64,000 nt of DNA from Eledone cirrhosa (GCA_964016885.1 OZ024740.1:273854001-273918000), one strand, 5' to 3'. Shown: positions 29,654 through 44,681, counted from the first letter of the stretch. Made by a program: numbers and translations. The notes: generated from the sequence alone by a model not told the origin.

Positions 29654-31554
29654 CTATTATTATGATAATAATGCTTATTAAGTCGACCATTGGTTATACG
29701 TTTAGCTACAAGAAGAAAATCTTCTAAATAGAGAGAATTACACATGTATAGGCACAGGTATAAAAGTTTAGTTAAGGTGGTGAATTGGCAGAGTCGTTTA
29801 AATGTCAGATAGAATGCTTTGCAATATTAATTTTTTCTCTCTCTGATGTCAAATCCTGCCGAGTTCAACTTTACTTTCCATCCATCTAAGGTCAATAAAA
29901 AGGTACCAGTCTGGTACTGGGGTCGACTCTTCCTCTATCTCTCTTTTTTCATTTCATTTCTCTAACTCTCTTTGTCCTTGTCTGGAAGAAATCTGCTATA
30001 TTCAGACATGGAGAAAAGATGGGCACCACCAGATATAAAGATGCTGTAGAAATGCCGTAAATCAATACAACACCCTTATGAATCTCCAAGAGTTACAGGA
30101 CTTAAACTAATGATAAATGTGTAGTTAAGGAATTCACTCTGCAGCCACAGGTTTTGGAGTCACTCACAATATTCAGCAAATTGTGCACGTATCTTCTATG
30201 ATAGCCTCTAATTCACCAATCATTTTTAAGGGAAATTTACTAGAAAAAAAATTGCAGAAGCCTATTATGGCCTTTCATCTATAATTGCTCCTTGGTAACT
30301 ATTTCCACAGTCAATGTATTCATCACCCCTTACCAACTCTCCTCACTCTGTCAAATTTTTTTAGATTTGTCATACATCTGCTTTCCCCAATGTCATCCCA
30401 ATGAAACACACCGCACTTGTCAGAAGCATATGTCATTATGCTTGTCAATCATAACATCATACTTATCATCATTCAGGCATTACCACTACGTTTTATACCT
30501 CCCATTTGTTAGAGAAGGCTTTCCATAGTGCTGGTGTTATGATGAAACACTCTCTGTACACTCTGTAATGTGATTGGTAATAGGAGAGGCTGCCAGCCTT
30601 AGAACATTTTGTCAAATAAACGGTGGAGAGTATTCATCAGCTGTGTCAAATATATGACAATCTCATGTCTCATATACTCCTGATGCACAAGGTGGGAAAG
30701 TGTGCCTGTGATGACTCATCCAACACTTGCAAGTATGACTAACAGATATTGAATGATAATGATGATAATGGTGATATGCATCATTCATTCTTTTACTGAT
30801 TTCAGTCATTAGGCAGCGGCCAAGCTATGGCATCACTTCTTGATGAACAGCTAATTTTCAGAATATAAACATCTACAAGCGTGTATGCACACATACATTT
30901 TTAGATGTGTGTGTATATGTGAGTGTGTGTGTGTGTGTATGTGAGTTTTCAATTGGGATTGGAAAGCTGGAAGAAAAGCCATTCGATAGTGTTACAAAGA
31001 ATGACTTTACCATGAATTCTTTCAAACAACATTGTAAAAATATTCGAGCAAGATAGCTTAATTGTTTGCAGAGGACATTCCCTGATGACATTATTGTTAA
31101 GTAATTAGATAATCTACTACAACTATCATAATTTGTTGCCGCTATATTCACCTTACATTTGTGTGCCAATCTTTCAATAAAGAACAAATGAAAATTAAAA
31201 TTAGTTCAATGTAAATGGTTTTGTAGTGTTCACAGCACCTTCACAAGAATTTAAACAGTTGTATATTCAATTACTTGTTTTGCTAGACGTATCATTAGGT
31301 AATGATACTAATTTACTTAGTAGCCTAACAGATTGCAATATAGCGGTAAATACTATGAAGAGACTGATTGTTACTTGCAGAGAAGGACATTTTAAAACCT
31401 GACTGTTTCTATATTATATATCATCATCATCACCGTTTAACATCCATTTTTTCACACTGGCCATCAGCCTTTCAATATTTATAGGTAGGCTTTCAAAATG
31501 TTTATTTATTAAATAATCTTTAGATACACGAAATTCACCTACTCTCTCTCTCTC

Positions 31555-31692
<138 letters not shown>

Positions 31693-32254
31693 GGTTTAAC
31701 TTAAAGAAAGATGCTGTGATTATATTAAGTGTTTATTCATTATAATTATTTCAATGGTTCCCTGATGCAATGCAAGATGTAGTATATACATCTGTTGCTG
31801 GTATTGTAGCGATATCTTCAGACGAAATATCCATTTATGTGATATGCTGCAGGCAAAAATCATATTTGTCTTCTTGCCCGGCAGTTATTCCCTTCTAGTT
31901 ATTGTGTTTACAATATGTGGAGCGAGGCGAGACTGATGTGTCAATTAGCAATTCTGCCTTCGTCAACTGACTATAGTCCTGTGGTTGTAAATTGTCCAAA
32001 GGATATCTCACTCATGTATACAACGGTAGGAAATGGTCGAAATTCCAAACATTTAGTCTGCGTGTACCCAGTTGCTGAATTATGTTAGAGAGTGGGTGCA
32101 ATAAAAAAGCTTTGAGGATGGGCGAAGGAACCACTGCGATGACAGCTTCAACAGTGACAACAATAACAACATTTATAATAGCAACAAATGCGGTCATGTC
32201 AGCCACAACAACAATACTGACAACCACCACTACTGCAACAACAATAATGATAAT

Positions 32255-32439
32255 AATTGTTTCTACTTTGGGCACAAGGCCAGAAAATACCCCAGTGCAT
32301 TACTTGTGCTTTTTATATCGACCCCATAAGGACGTAAGGCAATGTTAACCTCGGCAGGATTTGAACTCAGAACGCAAAGGGCCATAACTCTATGCTTAAA
32401 AACATGGTGTCTGACAATCTACCGATACTGCCAATCCAC
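32255..32439 (-). mobile_element. tRNA-derived SINE
   Basis: Family consensus embedded in an (AAC/AAT)-rich tract. Confidence 0.88.
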
Positions 32440-32754
32440 ATAATAATAATTCTAACAACAACAACAATAACAACTAAAACTAAACAACCGTGTCAGCAAT
32501 AACAACAACATTGACAATAGCAACGAGTACGACCACGCCAATAATAACTATATCATTGGTGCTACAGACAAGAATGGCCCTCAACTATTTCTTCGAAGCA
32601 AACGATGAAGTCATAGAGCCAGTGTGCGAAGGACAAAAAGCCTGAGCTGGATGATCTCTTCTATGACTTAACAAGTCTCTCGGTCCAGCGGCAGATGTTT
32701 CCATATATATGAAGCGAAGCAAAAGTTAGTAAGAGTTGTTAGAGGTGAAATAAC

Positions 32755-32941
32755 TGTTTCTATTTTAGGCACAAGGTCAGCAATTACCCAGTACATTACT
32801 GGTACTTTATTTTATCGACCCCGTAAGGATGAAAGGCAAAGTTAACCTCGGCGGGATTTGAACTCAGATCATAAAGGGACGTAACTCTATGCTTCAAAGC
32901 ATGATGTCCGACTCTCTACCGATACTGCCAATCCACCGCCC
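32755..32941 (-). mobile_element. tRNA-derived SINE with 18-bp target-site duplication
   Basis: TGTTAGAGGTGAAATAAC at 32737-32754 and 32942-32959 flanks a full copy. Confidence 0.95.
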
Positions 32942-33833
32942 TGTTAGAGGTGAAATAACACAAGATAGATGGTTCCGTTTTGATATAAAATTTACTTCAC
33001 TTCAGTTAACAGATGAACAAAGAATAAGTTACTACAAGTTATAAAGGTTGACGATGTTTTTGCTGTTATGGTGAAATAGTCTGTGGAGAGAGAGAGAGTA
33101 AATGTCTGTAGAAGTCTGGAGACGCCAAGGGGTCTGTAGAAAGCAAATGTTTTACATCGTTATTCTCTCAAGAACTGCTCCGAACTGCCTTTTGCCTGGT
33201 CTAAGACAGACTATTTATATCTGTTGCTTCCTCTGTCCCCTGCTTCGAGGGATCGCCCACGCATCATCATGTTTACGCCAGAAAAGAGGCAACAGAGATT
33301 TTGACCGTTAAGCGTCACCCAGGGATCAATGTGTGGACAGATTTCGCTACATATATATGGCCTTTGTCATTTAAAAACGGATGAATTTTGGATTTATAAT
33401 AGAACAGGCATTACCTTTTGACGAACATGTGTGTATTATATTTACTAGCTATACAGATTGTGACAAACGTTGATTTCGTGGTTCTTTAGCAAGTTACTGT
33501 TATATTAACTTTTTGTTTATTTCTTACCGTGTCAAAATGTATGTTATACTTCTGGGACTCAGTTACTGACAGAATACCATTGCAATTCTTCGGAACGACT
33601 GAATAGCACCGAAAATCTTACGAAAATGTTAGTAATTTGTATTTAGATACTACATCTGCAATGTGTCATTGCCCAGTTGACTTAGTTGCAAGTGTGTATT
33701 ACAGCGAAGCATCGTAGACCGTTGTAGAGATTACACGTATTCCATTAGTTTGAAGATTTGATTTCAATTCCGCATGTAGTAGGAAAAGCGTTAATAATTA
33801 TGGAAGGGTAGACGGGTAAAATACATGTTTCAA

Positions 33834-33914
<81 letters not shown>

Positions 33915-34014
33915 GGTGTGTGTGTGTGTGTAAAATGTAAACAGAAATAACACAGTTGGTACAGTATATGGAAAGAATATATTAGGTTAACGCTTGAAAT
34001 AGCAGGGGGAGGGT

Positions 34015-34048
34015 CTTAACGTTTCGGACGCTAGTCCTTCATCAGAAG
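34015..34048 (-). ncRNA. Minimal type I hammerhead ribozyme motif (PLE-type)
   Basis: CTT-CTGATGA-A-GGAC-TAGC-GTCC-GAAA-CG-TT-AAG; palindromic AACGTT at stem III. Confidence 0.75.
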
Positions 34049-34813
34049 GGTCAGTAATAGCTACACTATCTATAGCATATTGGAGCAAAACCCGTTGAAA
34101 ACACGACTGCCTTGTTCATCATCTCACCAGAAGCCCAACATTCTTTATGTAGGCGGACAGTACCTGATTTGGAGTCGCAGAAACCAATACTGGATTTTAC
34201 CATCAGTCCAGGGTCCGGGAAAGTATCAACACATATATTTTTATTGTTTGACCCGAATTACTTGGTCGTTTTGATTTTGGTTGTGCGGATGATATGTTTA
34301 ACCATCATCTCAGTGTGTTTGGCCCTTAACGTATGTTGTAGCTCTGATTCATATGATTCATCGAGCGCTTGCCACACATATCGGACGTTGATTTTCGTTA
34401 AGCTGAAAACGATTCTCGCTAATTTATATTTATATATATATATATATATAGCTTTCCATAAGCGTCACACTTTTCCTACTACAAGTAATAATTTGTTTAC
34501 GTTTTTCTAATGTTCACATCTGGAGTCACTAAACATCTGATTATCTAATATTTTTGATAAATACTATGCAGTTGAATTAAATACTAACAACTTCTGTATT
34601 TGAATGACATATATTTAAGTAATGTATTAAACCCTGATTATCTATTTATTCATTTACATATGTTCAGGGGTTTTTGTAATGACAGGACATTTACAAATTG
34701 GATTTAACTCTGAGCTGTCTTTTGCCAATCTTGCTGTGGATAATAAAATCACATTAGAGCTTTGAATATCTGACTGCGTTATATATTTGTATTATCAACT
34801 CATTTTCTCTCTC

Positions 34814-35212
<399 letters not shown>

Positions 35213-36319
35213 TATACATACATATATATGTGTGTGTGTGTGTGCTTACCGCATGGATAATTCATAAACAGCTTAATTACTCTACGCTAAACTCTAAACA
35301 TTTGCTTTCCCTCTTATATAAGATTTGACTCTGAATATCAGTATCCACATCTACTTATCAAATTAGTGTATTTTTCTCATAAACATTCCGCAATACTTGC
35401 AAACCAACACGTTTCATATAATAATGAGATTTATGCTAGTTACTGCACTCAAATAAATACATATGTAAACCTATAGACTTGAAATATCTCTATTTCTGCT
35501 TCTGTAAATCATCCATACAACCAAGTCTGCCTATTTTAGTTCACGGTCAACGGAAAAGGTTAAAACACAGATGCCAAATCTACGTTACTATAACGCTATA
35601 TCGACATTCTTATTCTCGTTCCCAATTGCATAGAGAGAACTACCTAGGGTGTCATTGTTGCTCTGGTTAAGGGCAGTTCCTTTCCTGACCTGACACATAA
35701 TCCCAGTTCAATGTATATATCTTGGTAAGTGATCTGTTCTGTCAGCAATCCAGTTAGCTTAGTAACGGCTGACATACAAAAGAAAAGCAGTATGACTTCA
35801 TGATAAATTATACCTCTATAGAGGTTACGCATGGTCAGCATTGTTCCAGTCTTTTTGTTATGACCAGTCAGCAGCCATTGTTTTTCATTGACTCAACAGT
35901 TGGTCTATTGGCCACCTTAGACAGAAAGAGAAAGGACTGAGAGACTGAGAGAGTGAGAGATACAGTAAATAATTCTTCTTTCCACCCCATATCGATTTTC
36001 TCTATCTGTCAATTTGTCCATCTATGTATTTATCTATTCCATCAAACTATCTATCTATCTATTATCTATCCATCTATCTATCTATCTATCAATCTATTTA
36101 TCTATCTAGCTAGCTAGCTAGCTAGCTAGCTATCTACCTACCTATCTATATGTCTGTTTGTCTCTCTCTCTCTATCTCTCTGAAATTTAATGTATAAATT
36201 GAAAAAAGAAAAATAATTCCGCCGTTTCCAACTTCACATTTACTGAGAATTATAGGAATTCCCTCTTATATCTTAATGGAATTTAATCATATAGTTACTT
36301 ACTCGTTACCTCTCTCACT

Positions 36320-36368
<49 letters not shown>

Positions 36369-37183
36369 TCTCTATCTCTATCTATCTCTCTCTCTCTCAT
36401 ACACAAACACACATCTCTGTCTTAATAAAAAAAGGAAACAACACATTGTTTAAAATATTTCTGGTTCACACTGATGGAGAAATGACGAAATGACAACAGT
36501 TGTAATGCAAATGATCTTAGGTCTGTGCAATCGATTCAAATCTTGTAGCTAAATGAAAGCAACACCAACATCTCGCTATGCCTGGATACAAGCATTTTAA
36601 CTTTTATGTTTGTTGATCTGTATCACACTGGTGTTGCTAAAGACTTGCATCTTTACACCATACATTTCCAAACCCGACCAGAATGTCTCCTGTCGACTCT
36701 GTCAAGCGCTTTCTTAGTATATAGGAAATCATAATACAGCTGCTTCTGTTACTTGCATGCTCTCCTATAGAATAGACGATCAACAAAAAATCCGAAGTGA
36801 ACACTAATTGACATCACAGACAATATTTTGTCGTGGGTCAGTAACAACCGACTCGGAACATAATATTATGGAAAACAGAAGAGTTAATTATATTACTAAT
36901 TATATTGATGTTCAAAATTTAATAACACCACACAGCGATTAATGTAGCTGTCTGTTACAATTTCCACCATGACTCGGTTCGTCCATTAGAAACAGCTTAT
37001 CAAAGACAAGTATGGGGACATTTTTGAAGTGGAATGTAGACAATGATTCACTCATAGCTCAAATTTGATCCATGTTTTCCTACCTATATGAAACACTAGT
37101 AATTTCTTTCTCTCTCTCTCTCTCCCTTTCCCCCTCTCTCTCATGTTGCCTCTCTGTACCCCCCCCCCTTTTCTTACTATATA

Positions 37184-37295
37184 CAGGGTGTCCCCCAAAA
37201 ATGTATACATACTTCAATAGCCTCTAATAAATATTGGTAGTACAGGTAATCAAAGTCTGTATACATTTTTTTTTTGGGGGGGGGGCGACACCCTG
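37184..37295. mobile_element. Tc1/mariner-type MITE
   Basis: TA|CAGGGTGTCCCCCAAAAATGTATACA ... TGTATACATTTTT..GGGG.GACACCCTG|TA. Confidence 0.85.
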
Positions 37296-38007
37296 TATAT
37301 AATTGCTTGCATTGTTTCAACTCATTGGACGGTGACCATGTAGATATTTTTTGACCACTGAGATTTTATTTTTAGTTGATCATATCGACCCAAGTACTTA
37401 TTTCGATTTGCTAATTTAATTTACCAAAATTGCTAAATTACTTTTTAACATTTTAACACACCAGTTTAAACGGATATACATAGGCACACACACGCACTCC
37501 CACGTAATCTTGTGTCCCAAATAATAGGAGGGTGGATAAGCGGGCGGCATCAGTAATTTTTCTAGGTTGTCTCCGTTGGTTTTTTAAAAACCAGAATTAG
37601 TCGTTTAGTTTACTTATTGAGACCCAACCCATCCTATTTATTCTATAATAATTTCTAGTAATGTACATTTTTTATCTTGCATAATGCTTTCTAACGTATA
37701 AGTAAAATTAATTGTCGCAGGAATGCTACTACTTAAAATAAAATTTTGCCGGAGATATATTATCAAAATTGAATAGGCGAGGGATGGGGGTGGAATAAAA
37801 GCGGAAGGTGTAGGAAAACATTTTAGAAATGTATAAGCTGGGGTGGGGGGATTATTCGAGACCCGAGAATATATTGCATATTATTTCACGCCGATTTGAC
37901 CTGAAAATCATATGAAGAGCAAACTTATATCTTAAACGGATAGATATTTCAGTTGAACAAACAACTGAATGGCCTTTGTCGAAACAAGCGAGGAATCCAG
38001 TAATGTG

Positions 38008-38141
<134 letters not shown>

Positions 38142-38290
38142 TTATTTATTTATTTATTAAAATAGCAGATTAAAGTTTAAGCAAAGAATCGCTGCTTTCA
38201 CATTTAACGGGATCTAGGGGTCTTACATATTTGATATATATTTATTCTTATCGAGCCCCCTTTGGATTTTAGTCTTCACATTTATTATTA

Positions 38291-38476
38291 GTGGATTGGC
38301 AGTATCGGTAGAGGGTCTGACGACATGCTTTGCAGCAAAGAGTTACGCCCCTTTATGATCTGAGTTCAAATCCCGCTGAGGCTAACTTTGCCTTTCATCC
38401 TTACGGGGTCGATAAAATAAAGTACCAGTAATGCACTGGGATAATTGCTGCCCTTGTGCCAAAAGTAGAAACAATT
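38291..38476 (+). mobile_element. tRNA-derived SINE
   Basis: Family consensus with A and B boxes and central domain. Confidence 0.9.
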
Positions 38477-38534
38477 ATTAATATATATATATATATATAC
38501 ACATACATACACACACACACAGACACACACACAT

Positions 38535-38566
<32 letters not shown>

Positions 38567-40038
38567 GACGGACGGGATCCATACACTTTAACTCACGATA
38601 TCTATGTCAAATTGAGGGTATGGTAGAAGACACTTCACCATATTGCAACTCAGTGAGATGGAACGAAGCGAACTTTTTAGACATTCAATTATCCCTGAGT
38701 CAGCAAGCACATGTACACGTACACACACACATAAATATTAAAATGTTCGCTCCACCATAGCTGTATACATACACGTATGTGAATTTCATTTATCTATTGA
38801 TATACGGCATGTTTACGAATAAACATTTGTAAAGCCTGCTAGCTATGAACAATGAATAGATGGCTGTTAGCGCCGTCTAGCGGATTACTGCTGAAGTAGC
38901 GGTTGTGTGTGTTTAAGCGGTTGTTTAAGGTTTTATACAAGAATCTTAGAAATTGGGGATTTTATCTGTTGGTATATCTCCAAGGGAGATAATCATAATC
39001 AGACATATGATCCACATGACATGTACAATGTGTCCGAACACGGAAGAGCCGAACTGCCACTGTCATCGCCTCTATCTCTCTCACCCTTCCAATCTCTCTG
39101 TATTGTGAGCAAATGGGGGCCCAACTGCTAGCTGCCCTACAGCCCCGGCGGACAAAATGGAGAAACGTTTCCCCTGCCAATGCATGTACAATATCTTAGT
39201 CTGTTTCACATTCTAGTAGAGAGCAAGGGAAGTATTTTTCTGATGACGGCCATAGCCAGAATGCATTAGCAGTTGACCCCATCCCTTCATCTGCTGGAAT
39301 GCGTACGTCGGCGCTAGACGTCAGCTATACAATATTCATGGCTAGGAAGCTTTCCAAATTTTTATTCGTAAATATACAGTATATGAATACCACTTTGTCG
39401 GAGTGAAAATTTTAATTCTACTTTCAAGCTGAACCGGCTTGTACAGATCCATTTGCCAATGAGACTAATTAGCCCATCTACAGAGGCAAAACACCTATAT
39501 ATATATATACATACATGTACACGACAAACCTCCATCAAATGGCATTTTTCAACCCGACGACAATTACCCAAGGTACTAAATAATCTATAGGACTGAAGAT
39601 GAAATCACGCTATTGGGAAGTTAATTCTAAACTATATACTCATATCTAAGCCTGTGTATGTACCTGTGTGTCTTCCACCGAAATATTTCTATAAAATGTG
39701 AAAACATTGAGAAAGAAACAGTGCGCCCTCGAAAGAAATACGTCAGGATATTTGCATTACAATTACACCCTACTACAGACATTTTTTCGTCATCGTTGCT
39801 ATCTGAAATTGACTGAAACCTATGACGCTCTTTTCCATCGGTACTCGTGTGTAAAGGAAGAATGGTTTGCCGACTCTGAAAATTAATGAGGGATGAGATC
39901 TGAACTATGAAGTAGCTCATTTCCTTCACTAAGGATTTTGGCCAACATATGCTGATATGTAGATAAACGTCTTCGTGTTCTCCCTCACTTTCCCTTACCC
40001 GCCTCCACACACTCGCACATATATATTATAGTCGTCAT

Positions 40039-40600
40039 CGGTGGATTGGATGTATCGGTAGAGCATCGGACACACTGCTTTGCGACATAAAGTTATGGCC
40101 CTTTACGTTCTGAGTTAAAATCCCTCCGAGGTCAGCTTTGCCTTTCATCCTTACCAGGTCGATAAAATAAAACACGAGTAATGCACTGGGGTCGATTTAA
40201 TCGATTTTCCCCTCCCCCAGAATTGCTGGCCTCGTGCCTATATAAGAAACCATTATTTGCATTGGCAGTATCGGTAGAGCAGGAGACACCACGCATTACA
40301 GCATAGAGTTACGGCCCTTTTTGGTCTGACTTCCAATCCCGCCGAAGTTAGCGCTGCCTTTCATCCTTACGGGGTCGATAAAATAAAGCATCAGTAATGC
40401 ACTTGGGTAATTGCTGGCCTTGCGCCTTATAGAAGGAACAATTATTATTTTCTGCGTCAAGGGCAGTGGAGGGGCAGAATCTTCAGAGGGTTAGACAAAG
40501 TTCTTTGCGGTAATAATTGCCACTTTTAACGTTCCCATTTCAAATCCTGACCATTCTGAGGTAGTTTTAACCATCTAACTCTTCTCCTAAGTTTGTGACG
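40039..40600 (+). mobile_element. Tandem + strand SINEs (40039-40254 long variant, 40258-40445, degenerate copy ~40460-40600)
   Basis: Family motifs; the long variant carries an extra GGGGTCGATTTAATCGA..CCCCTCCC segment. Confidence 0.82.
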
Positions 40601-40671
40601 TTGTACTTACGTCAGACTCTACTATTTTATGTCGGATTATCATGACAATGATACTGACTGATAATAATAAT

Positions 40672-41082
40672 TGTTTCTACTTTAGGCACAAGGCCAGCAA
40701 TTATCTCAGTGCATTACTGGTACTTTATTTTATCGACCCCGTAAGGATGAGAGGCAAAGTTAACCTCGGCGGAATTTGAACTCAGACCGTAAAGAGGCGT
40801 AACTCGATGCTACAAAGCATGGCGTCCGACCGTCTACCGATACAGCCAATCCACGACCCTAAATAATGGTTTCTTATATAGGCACAAGGCCAGCAATTTT
40901 AGGGAGGGGTAAGTCGAGTAAATCGACCCCAGTGCGTGACTGGTACTTTATTTTATCGACCCCGTAAGGATGAAAGGCAAAGTTAAGCTCGGCGAGATTT
41001 GAACTCAGACCATAAAGGGCCGTAACTCTTTGCTGCAAAGCATGGCGTCCGACCGTCTACCGATACTGCCAATCCCCCGCCC
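40672..41082 (-). mobile_element. Head-to-tail SINE pair (short + long variant)
   Basis: Copies at 40672-40860 and 40866-41082; ACTGATAATAATAAT flanks the pair at 40657 and 41084. Confidence 0.88.
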
Positions 41083-41720
41083 TACTGATAATAATAATGA
41101 CAGTAGTATTGTTGCGGGTGTAAGACGCAGGGATAAAACCTTCTGTACTAAAGGGGTTCTCTGGCATTCCCTATAATGTCAAAAGATAAATTCTAACAAC
41201 TGTGGTATGTCCATCCTTCTTTTCGGATACAACATTCCTCCATCAATCAATCCAAAGCACATACATACACACGGAATCACACACACACACATACACACAC
41301 ACGCACACGGACACACACAGACTCACACATACATACACACTATTTCTTTCTCTGAGGCTCTCCATCTTCTTTGTCCCCACTTCCTAATCCATTCGAATGT
41401 CTCTGTCTTTTGTCGGTTTCTTTGGTTTTCTTTTCATCTATAGTTCAAATGATCATTTTTTTTATACGAGCCCTCTCCCACTTTCTCTTTCCGCACAACT
41501 GCCAGTCATTCCTCTTTTCAGTCCATCTGTTTGTTCCCTTTCTTCCGCCCATTCCATACATCTTTTTTCCCCCTTTCGTGTCCATCCGTCTTACCTGCCT
41601 GCCTCATTGTCCATCTTACTGTCATTCTGTCTATCCATTCTATGTCTGCATCTAAGTGTTGAAGTGTTGTTTTCCTGTCTGCTGATCCATCTTTATCTCC
41701 GCCAAGTTTTCCCCCTCTCT

Positions 41721-41771
<51 letters not shown>

Positions 41772-41941
41772 TTCACACACATATTCACTCTCTACCTCCG
41801 AATGTCCGTTGTTCTATTTATACACTTGTGTCACTTTGAAGAAGCAAGTGAAGCAAATTATGTTGAGTTTCGTAGGAAGCAGAACGGTAGAATTTGAGCG
41901 GGAGTGTGTTTATGTGTGTGTGTATGTGTGCGCGCGCGCGA

Positions 41942-42014
<73 letters not shown>

Positions 42015-42141
42015 TTCCTTTTAGTCATGGAACAGGTTTCATTTTAATGTTGACCACTTAGTGGTATCGAAAGTATTGACCAAGATGTGAGCAGGACATT
42101 GAAGAAAAAATAGTTATATTTTTGTCTATTATTTTCTTGCA

Positions 42142-42187
<46 letters not shown>

Positions 42188-42261
42188 TTTCTGAATTTGT
42201 TTAGCAAGATTCTTTATCTGAAATCGTGTGTTGAAACCGATATTGTTATACTTTGGGAGGG

Positions 42262-42292
<31 letters not shown>

Positions 42293-42294
42293 TT

Positions 42295-42569
42295 ATTGTT
42301 ATACTTTGGGAGGGTCATGTTGCCAATAAGAAACACACGCACCAGTTGCTTTCACTTCAATTTATTATATATTTATAAATTTATAAATTTACTATATAAA
42401 TGACTATATATAAACAACTATCTGGTTGTGGAACCAACCAACCAACCAGAAATTTATAGGTTTGTAGATTTGTAAATTTATAAATTTATAAATATATAAT
42501 AAATTGAAGTGAAATCAACTGGTGCGTGTTTTTCTTATTGGCAACATGACCCTCCCAAAGTATAACAAT
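42295..42569. repeat. Fold-back element built from the PLE terminal sequence
   Basis: About 98-bp arms starting TGTTATACTTTGGGAGGGTCATGTTGCCAATAAGAAA, similar to the PLE ends at 12680 and 26200. Confidence 0.85.
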
Positions 42570-42582
42570 GTATATATATATA

Positions 42583-42743
42583 TACAATATTAAATAAATG
42601 GAAACTATATTTATAAAACCATATTTATTTCATTATATATATTTCGGGGATATCATATTAACAATATGCTATGCCTTCCTCAGACAAAATACAATATGAA
42701 CAGTTTTATAGATAAATAGATTCGACATACCGTAACAACACCG
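42583..42743 (-). mobile_element. Family F HHR repeat, copy 2
   Basis: Reverse complement of 44153-44313; HHR at 42628-42689. Confidence 0.8.
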
Positions 42744-44152
42744 AAGATGCATTTGAAGAGGTTGAACTGGCAGTGAAAAAATTTTACACAGAGAGAAAGA
42801 AAGAGAAAAAAGAAAGAAAGACAGAAAACGAAGAAAAGGAAGAAAAAGAAGAAATGCATGGAACAAAATAGAGAGATGGAAAGATAGATAAAGAGAAGAA
42901 CTTCATGTAAAGAAACAGAAAGAGATATATATATATATAGAGAGAGGAAATAGAGATAGATACATATATATATATAGAAAATTAGGTAGTGGGAGGTCAG
43001 TTGAGTAAATGTATCAATGATACATTTATTTATTTATTTATTTATTTAGCTCTAGTATTAATGTAAGGGAGATATATATAGAGAGAAAAAAACATAGAGA
43101 GAAAAAAATAGCGAGAGAAAAGATTTAAAAATAGCCAGATATATTCGAGGCGTAAAAACCCTATGTTTTAATGTATTAGTATTTATAAAACTTCCACTAT
43201 ATTGTAAATATCAGTATTCCTGAATGAGACAAGTATCCATAGTGTGTGAAAATTAATTATCTTATGTTTAGTTTTTTAAAAAAATTCATATGTTTATGTG
43301 ATAGCTACAAACATCCATGTGAATCCACATGATCAACTCTGCAAACTCTAGGTTCACGGAAAACATTCTCAATGTGGTATAAAAATTTGAGTATACATAT
43401 ATGTGTATTATTATTCCTGTCTTTACTCTACAAGATTATCTATCAAGCAGAAATAGAGAGCAGATTTCAATATACTAATAAAAATATATATCAGAAACAA
43501 AACTAAAAAAATAACAATAATAATAATAAGTAATAATAAAATAGAAAACTAAAAAAATATTACGAAAGAATATTACATATTAAAAATATTACATATTAAA
43601 AAATTTACATATTAAAGATATTAAAAATAAAAATAAAAAATATTAGAAAATACTACAATAATAAAAAATAAAAATAAACCACAAAGATCAACCCTTCAAA
43701 ATTAATTGACAATATATTGCCAAGTTCATTATAAGCATCAGAGTCGAAAAACAGACAAAGCCAAAATTATCTATCGAATCACATCTAGCAAAGATCATTT
43801 CAAAACGTTTATGATGCCCAATTTGGTCTACATGTGTTCCTATATTTAATATAGAAGTTTATCTAGTGTAAGGTTTATTCAAAATATTTGGAGCATCAGC
43901 TTTTAGGGTAGCTTAATTTTTCATGAGGAATGTTTAAATAAAAATAAAATAAAAATAAACAATAAAAAAGAATAAAAAGAAGGAATCAAATATTTATCGG
44001 CTAGTTTCCCATATAAATATAAATCAAACTACATTTTAAATTTAAATTTATATTTAAACGTTAAGTTTAATCTATGTTTGCAACAACTGAATAAATTTGT
44101 CCGTAGATTAAGGAAATTTTTAGATTTTAGTATAAAGAATATCTCCTCTGCG

Positions 44153-44398
44153 CGGTGTTGTTACGGTATGTCGAATCTATTTATCTATAAAACTGTTTAT
44201 ATTGTATTTTGTCTGAGGAAGGCATAGCATATTGTTAATATGATATCCCCGAAATATATATAATGAAATAAATATGGTTTTATAAATATAGTTTCCATTT
44301 ATTTAATATTGTAAATATACTCCAAATATTTGTCGAGTGCTTTTATATCAGTTATAAATATTTACTAGTTGTAACCCAACAATTTTAAATATAACTTT

Positions 44399-44400
<2 letters not shown>
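44153..44400 (+). mobile_element. Family F HHR repeat, copy 3, with extended tail
   Basis: HHR at 44207-44268: TTTTGT-CTGAGGA-[stem II with CATATT/AATATG]-GAAA-TATATA-TA-ATGAAA; tail runs into (TA)n. Confidence 0.8.
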
Positions 44401-44436
<36 letters not shown>

Positions 44437-44681
44437 ATATGCCAACAATCTTTATTTAAGGGAGTATAAGTAAAACAGACTAAAATAAGTAAGTCTCATT
44501 CATATAAACGTCTCCCCATCATGGTTTCAAAAACAAAAGAAACAGTACCAGGTATTTCCAATCATTGGAATAACCAATACTGGAAGAATTCTTTATTTTT
44601 TTTTGTCAGGTGTTTATTCTTTGGAAAACGAGGAGATATTGATAATAAATTATACATACCATATTTCCTCTTTTTCCAAAT

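Noticed and set aside
39238-39270. CTGATGA-C-GGC-CATA-GCC-A-GAAT
   Set aside because: GAAA absent and no stem I
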